A stretch of DNA of 41,694 nucleotides from Chthonomonadales bacterium (GTDB lineage: Bacteria; Armatimonadota; Chthonomonadetes; Chthonomonadales; Chthonomonadaceae). The stretch is from assembly GCA_038217285.1 (NCBI GenBank), contig JBBQPO010000017.1, positions 1 through 41,694 on the forward strand, given 5' to 3'. A model generated the notes under the pieces. The model made no database searches and was not told where the DNA came from. It saw only the letters and a list, made by a program, of their open reading frames with translations. The position numbers were made by a program, and so were the translations under genes. Positions 38,838-41,694 of this stretch are shown here, one piece after another; the first letter of the stretch is position 1; every line of letters starts with the position of its first letter.

Positions 38838-39455
38838 ATGTCCGGCCTGTTCATTACATTTGAAGGCGTAGAGGGCGCGGGGAAGACGACTCAGATCGCG
38901 CTTTTGCGCGCAGCGTTGGAGCATACGGGCAAGAAGGTCTGCGTCACTAGGGAGCCGGGGGGCGATGCCCTGGCGGAGGCCGTCCGCAGGCTCGTGCTGC
39001 ATGAAGAGATGACGCCACGGGCCGAACTCCTGCTGTTTCTGGCCTCGCGGGCGCAGAACGTCGAACGCGTCGTGCGTCCGCATCTGGAGGCCGGCGACGT
39101 GGTTCTCTGCGATCGTTTTACCGACTCCAGTCTGGCCTATCAAGGCTACGGGCGTGGGCTCGGGCGCGATGCCGTACACCTTCTCAACACCTTCGCGACG
39201 GGCGGTCTGTTTCCGGATCTGACGTTTCTGCTGGATCTGGAACCGAAGGTCGGTCTTGATCGCCAGAGTGATCGCAATCGCATGGAGGACGAAACGCTCG
39301 CGTTCCACGAACGCGTTCGGAAGGGATTCTTGACCGAGGCGGCGAATGATAGGCAACGCTTTTGTGTTCTAGATGCCACGCAGACCGTCGAGGCTCTCCA
39401 TCAACACATCTGGCAGCGCATTCATCCGATCTCCGTATCCGCCGGCGGCTCTTGA
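38838..39455 (+). CDS. tmk: Thymidylate kinase
   Basis: FITFEGVEGAGKTTQ, TREPGG, CDRF.DSSLAYQG.GR and PDLTFLLD. Confidence 0.96.
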   Translation: MSGLFITFEGVEGAGKTTQIALLRAALEHTGKKVCVTREPGGDALAEAVRRLVLHEEMTPRAELLLFLASRAQNVERVVRPHLEAGDVVLCDRFTDSSLAYQGYGRGLGRDAVHLLNTFATGGLFPDLTFLLDLEPKVGLDRQSDRNRMEDETLAFHERVRKGFLTEAANDRQRFCVLDATQTVEALHQHIWQRIHPISVSAGGS

Positions 39456-39490
39456 CGGTCGGGAAATATTTCCATCGAGGGGGTAGTAGC

Positions 39491-39820
39491 ATGAAACTGG
39501 TCATTACCGTCGTCCACGACCGCGACAAGAACAAGATTACGGAGGCACTGCTGCGCAACGGCTTCAAGTTCACCAAAATCGGCAGCACCGGCGGATTCCT
39601 TCGGGAAGGCAACGTGACGCTGCTCATCGGAGTCGATGGCAAAGAGGTCGAACGGCTGGTGCAGGTCATCAGCGACAGTTGCAAGACGCGGGAACAGTTC
39701 GTCAACGTTCTGCCGCCCGACGCCGCACCGGCGGGAACGTTCATGCCCAGTCCCGTCAAGGTGCAAGTCGGCGGCGCCGTCTGCTTCGTCATGGATGTCG
39801 AACGCTTCGAAAGGTTCTAA
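39491..39820 (+). CDS. darA: Cyclic-di-AMP receptor, PII-like DarA/YaaQ/PstA (DUF970)
   Basis: TKIGSTGGFLREGNVTLLIG and V.VGGA..FV.DVE.F. Follows tmk, as yaaQ does in Bacillus. Confidence 0.92.
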   Translation: MKLVITVVHDRDKNKITEALLRNGFKFTKIGSTGGFLREGNVTLLIGVDGKEVERLVQVISDSCKTREQFVNVLPPDAAPAGTFMPSPVKVQVGGAVCFVMDVERFERF

Positions 39821-39832
39821 CGAAAACCACTG

Positions 39833-40426
39833 ATGATACTCGTCATTGACAACTACGATAGTTTTACGTATAACCTCGTGCAGTATCTGGGAGAGTTGGG
39901 AGCCGAGGTCGTCGTTCACCGCAACGACAAGATCACCCTTGATGAGATCGAGGCGATGCGGCCCGAACGTATTCTGCTCTCGCCCGGCCCCTGTACTCCG
40001 GCCGAAGCGGGAGTCTGCGTGCCGCTCATCCAGCGATTCGGAAGTCAGTACCCTATTTTCGGCGTCTGTCTCGGACACCAGAGCATCGGTGCGGCCTTCG
40101 GAGGTGATGTCGTTCGCAACGACCGCATCATGCACGGCAAAACGTCCATGATCCACCATCGGCATCAGGGTGTCTTTGCGGGACTGCCCGACCCCTTCCA
40201 GGCGACGCGTTACCATTCCCTCGTCATCGACCGCTCCACGATGCCCGCCTGCCTGGAAATCACGGCGGAGACGTCGGAGGGCGAGATCATGGGCGTCCGA
40301 CATCGCGAACTCCCCATTGAAGGCGTCCAGTTCCATCCCGAATCCGCCCTCACTCCGCAAGGCATGAATATCCTTCGGAACTTCCTCAAGATGGGGTTTT
40401 TCGCCCATCGCACTGGAAAGGTATAG
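39833..40426 (+). CDS. trpG: Anthranilate/aminodeoxychorismate synthase component II (glutamine amidotransferase)
   Basis: [30 protein letters not shown] and GVQFHPES. trpG and pabA cannot be told apart. Confidence 0.93.
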   Translation: MILVIDNYDSFTYNLVQYLGELGAEVVVHRNDKITLDEIEAMRPERILLSPGPCTPAEAGVCVPLIQRFGSQYPIFGVCLGHQSIGAAFGGDVVRNDRIMHGKTSMIHHRHQGVFAGLPDPFQATRYHSLVIDRSTMPACLEITAETSEGEIMGVRHRELPIEGVQFHPESALTPQGMNILRNFLKMGFFAHRTGKV

Positions 40427-40642
40427 TGGGGCATCACGCCGGGCGTGCAACAACGCGATTTGCAGGGATCTGTAGCAATCCCTGAATAATGGCCTCCACA
40501 TTGAGCAGGTCAGGCTGCTTTTGAAACTCATAACGCCCGTGTTCTACCAGGCAATGGGAGAGACCTGTGCGGTCGAAACTCTGTGGAGCAACGACTATCG
40601 CTACACCCGTTTGCTTGCCAGTAACCGTTGCGAGGGCTGAGC

Positions 40643-41221
40643 CTACGCAGTGGTTCTCAGGCCGTGCGCTTCAAGCAGAACTCGTGCTGCCTCCTTCGCC
40701 TGTGAGCCGCACTCTCTATCCCCCATGACATGCGCCAGTACAATGGCCCCCTCGGCGATCAGTGACAGGTGCGTGGACAGGGCCTCAGCCCCACTTGCTC
40801 CGCTCGACAGACCCAACTCATAAATGTAGTCCCGAATGGCCCGTACATGGTTGGACGCGATGCAGTGCGCCGGATGTTCTTTTTCAGAGAATTCTGCGGC
40901 GGCATTAATAAATGCACATCCGTAGAAATCTTCCTGATGGAACCATTCTCCCAGGGCGTCATAGATCGCGAGAAGCCTCTCTTGAGGGGTTGCTGCCAGA
41001 GTCTCGATACGGCTTCTGAACCAGTCCATCCACTGCTGATCCCGCCGATTTAAGACCGCCAGAACCAGTTCGTGCTTGGAAGGAAAATGCCTGTACAGCG
41101 TCATTCGGGTCACACCCGCTTCCTCAACCACTCGATCAACCCCCGTGGCATGGATCCCGCCCTTGTAAAAGAGCGCAAACGCCGCGTCCAGTATTTTCTC
41201 TCGCACGTTTGATTTTGTCAT
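40643..41221 (-). CDS. TetR/AcrR family transcriptional regulator
   Basis: REKILDAA..LFY..GI.ATGVD.V...AGV..MTLYRHFPSK and F.GCAFINAAAE. GGAG RBS. Confidence 0.94.
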   Translation of the reverse strand: MTKSNVREKILDAAFALFYKGGIHATGVDRVVEEAGVTRMTLYRHFPSKHELVLAVLNRRDQQWMDWFRSRIETLAATPQERLLAIYDALGEWFHQEDFYGCAFINAAAEFSEKEHPAHCIASNHVRAIRDYIYELGLSSGASGAEALSTHLSLIAEGAIVLAHVMGDRECGSQAKEAARVLLEAHGLRTTA

Positions 41222-41238
41222 CCTGATCTCCAACTGAG

Positions 41239-41256
41239 GTAGAACGTTCTCTCTAT
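41239..41256. promoter_or_regulatory. TetR operator candidate 1
   Basis: GTAGAACGTTCTCTCTAT just upstream of tetR. The motif recurs at 41468. Confidence 0.65.
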
Positions 41257-41467
41257 TCTATTCATACGCTCTTTTTTCTTATCTGATGCCTTCCACTCCC
41301 CATTTGTTCGGAAGAAACGTTCGGCGGAAACCCAACTCGAGGTTCGGTGTTTTGCCTTTCTCCCTCTCAAAGGGCCATGGGAGAGGAGAGCATGGGGGGA
41401 AAAAAGATGTTTTCAGGCGGTGGGAACTAATGGAGTGGCGAATGCGTTTATGACAGTGAAGATGTAT

Positions 41468-41485
41468 ATAGAACGTTCTTTCTAC
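41468..41485. promoter_or_regulatory. TetR operator candidate 2
   Basis: ATAGAACGTTCTTTCTAC, a near-identical imperfect palindrome upstream of the DUF1348 gene. Confidence 0.65.
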
Positions 41486-41625
41486 ATAACAAGAAAATGA
41501 TCTCGGGCAGTTTCTTGCCCATGTCGGTCTGAACATCTTCACCAACTATTTCAATCTTGTGGCGCAGGCCGGAATTGACTTTCCCGTCGTCACCTGGCTT
41601 CAAGGAAGATGGAAAGAGGTTAGCG

Positions 41626-41694
41626 ATGGCTACACCGCTCCGCCCCCCCTTTACGGCGGAAACCGCCAAAGCAAAAGTGAAAGCGGCGGAAGAT
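41626..41694 (+). CDS. DUF1348 / NTF2-like family protein (3'-truncated)
   Basis: GAGG RBS. MATPLRPPFTAETAKAKVKAAED matches the characteristic PPFT.ETA..KV..AED N-terminus. Confidence 0.85.
   Translation, partial: MATPLRPPFTAETAKAKVKAAED

Noticed and set aside
40427..40642. Gap between trpG and tetR as a gene remnant or insertion boundary
   Set aside because: Only a short hairpin. No recognisable protein motif, att site, target duplication or transposase.
1..41694. CRISPR arrays, IS elements, prophage, tRNA or rRNA genes
   Set aside because: No regularly spaced repeats, transposase/integrase motifs or structural RNA signatures were seen.

Overview
GC-rich bacterial chromosomal window, probably from a diderm Terrabacteria lineage such as Armatimonadota (inferred from gene content, not verified). 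About 1-28.9 kb is a large surface-polysaccharide/exosortase locus. It contains CDP-sugar genes (rfbF, rfbG, an rfbC-like epimerase and an SDR), acyl- and methyltransferases, Wzx, Wzy, eight glycosyltransferases, an AsnB-type amidotransferase, a SurA/PrsA-like protein and an exosortase-EpsI fusion. A signalling/proteolysis module is embedded in it: signal peptidase I, DUF4446, an ECF sigma, a zinc-finger anti-sigma and a rhomboid with an extra C-terminal domain. ECF-type promoter motifs (AAC-N17-CGTC) precede the anti-sigma gene and two glycan genes. At 29-34.8 kb a tightly coupled minus-strand operon joins a sugar ABC permease and binding lipoprotein (no ABC ATPase) to a GspE/PilB ATPase and a CRTAC1/ASPIC-UnbV protein, followed by a pseudopilin-like gene. 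The rest is housekeeping: LOG, ruvA, a Ycf45-like AAA-R3H gene behind a long structured leader, tmk, darA, trpG/pabA, and a TetR/DUF1348 divergon with two operators. No rRNA, tRNA, CRISPR array or mobile element was recognised.
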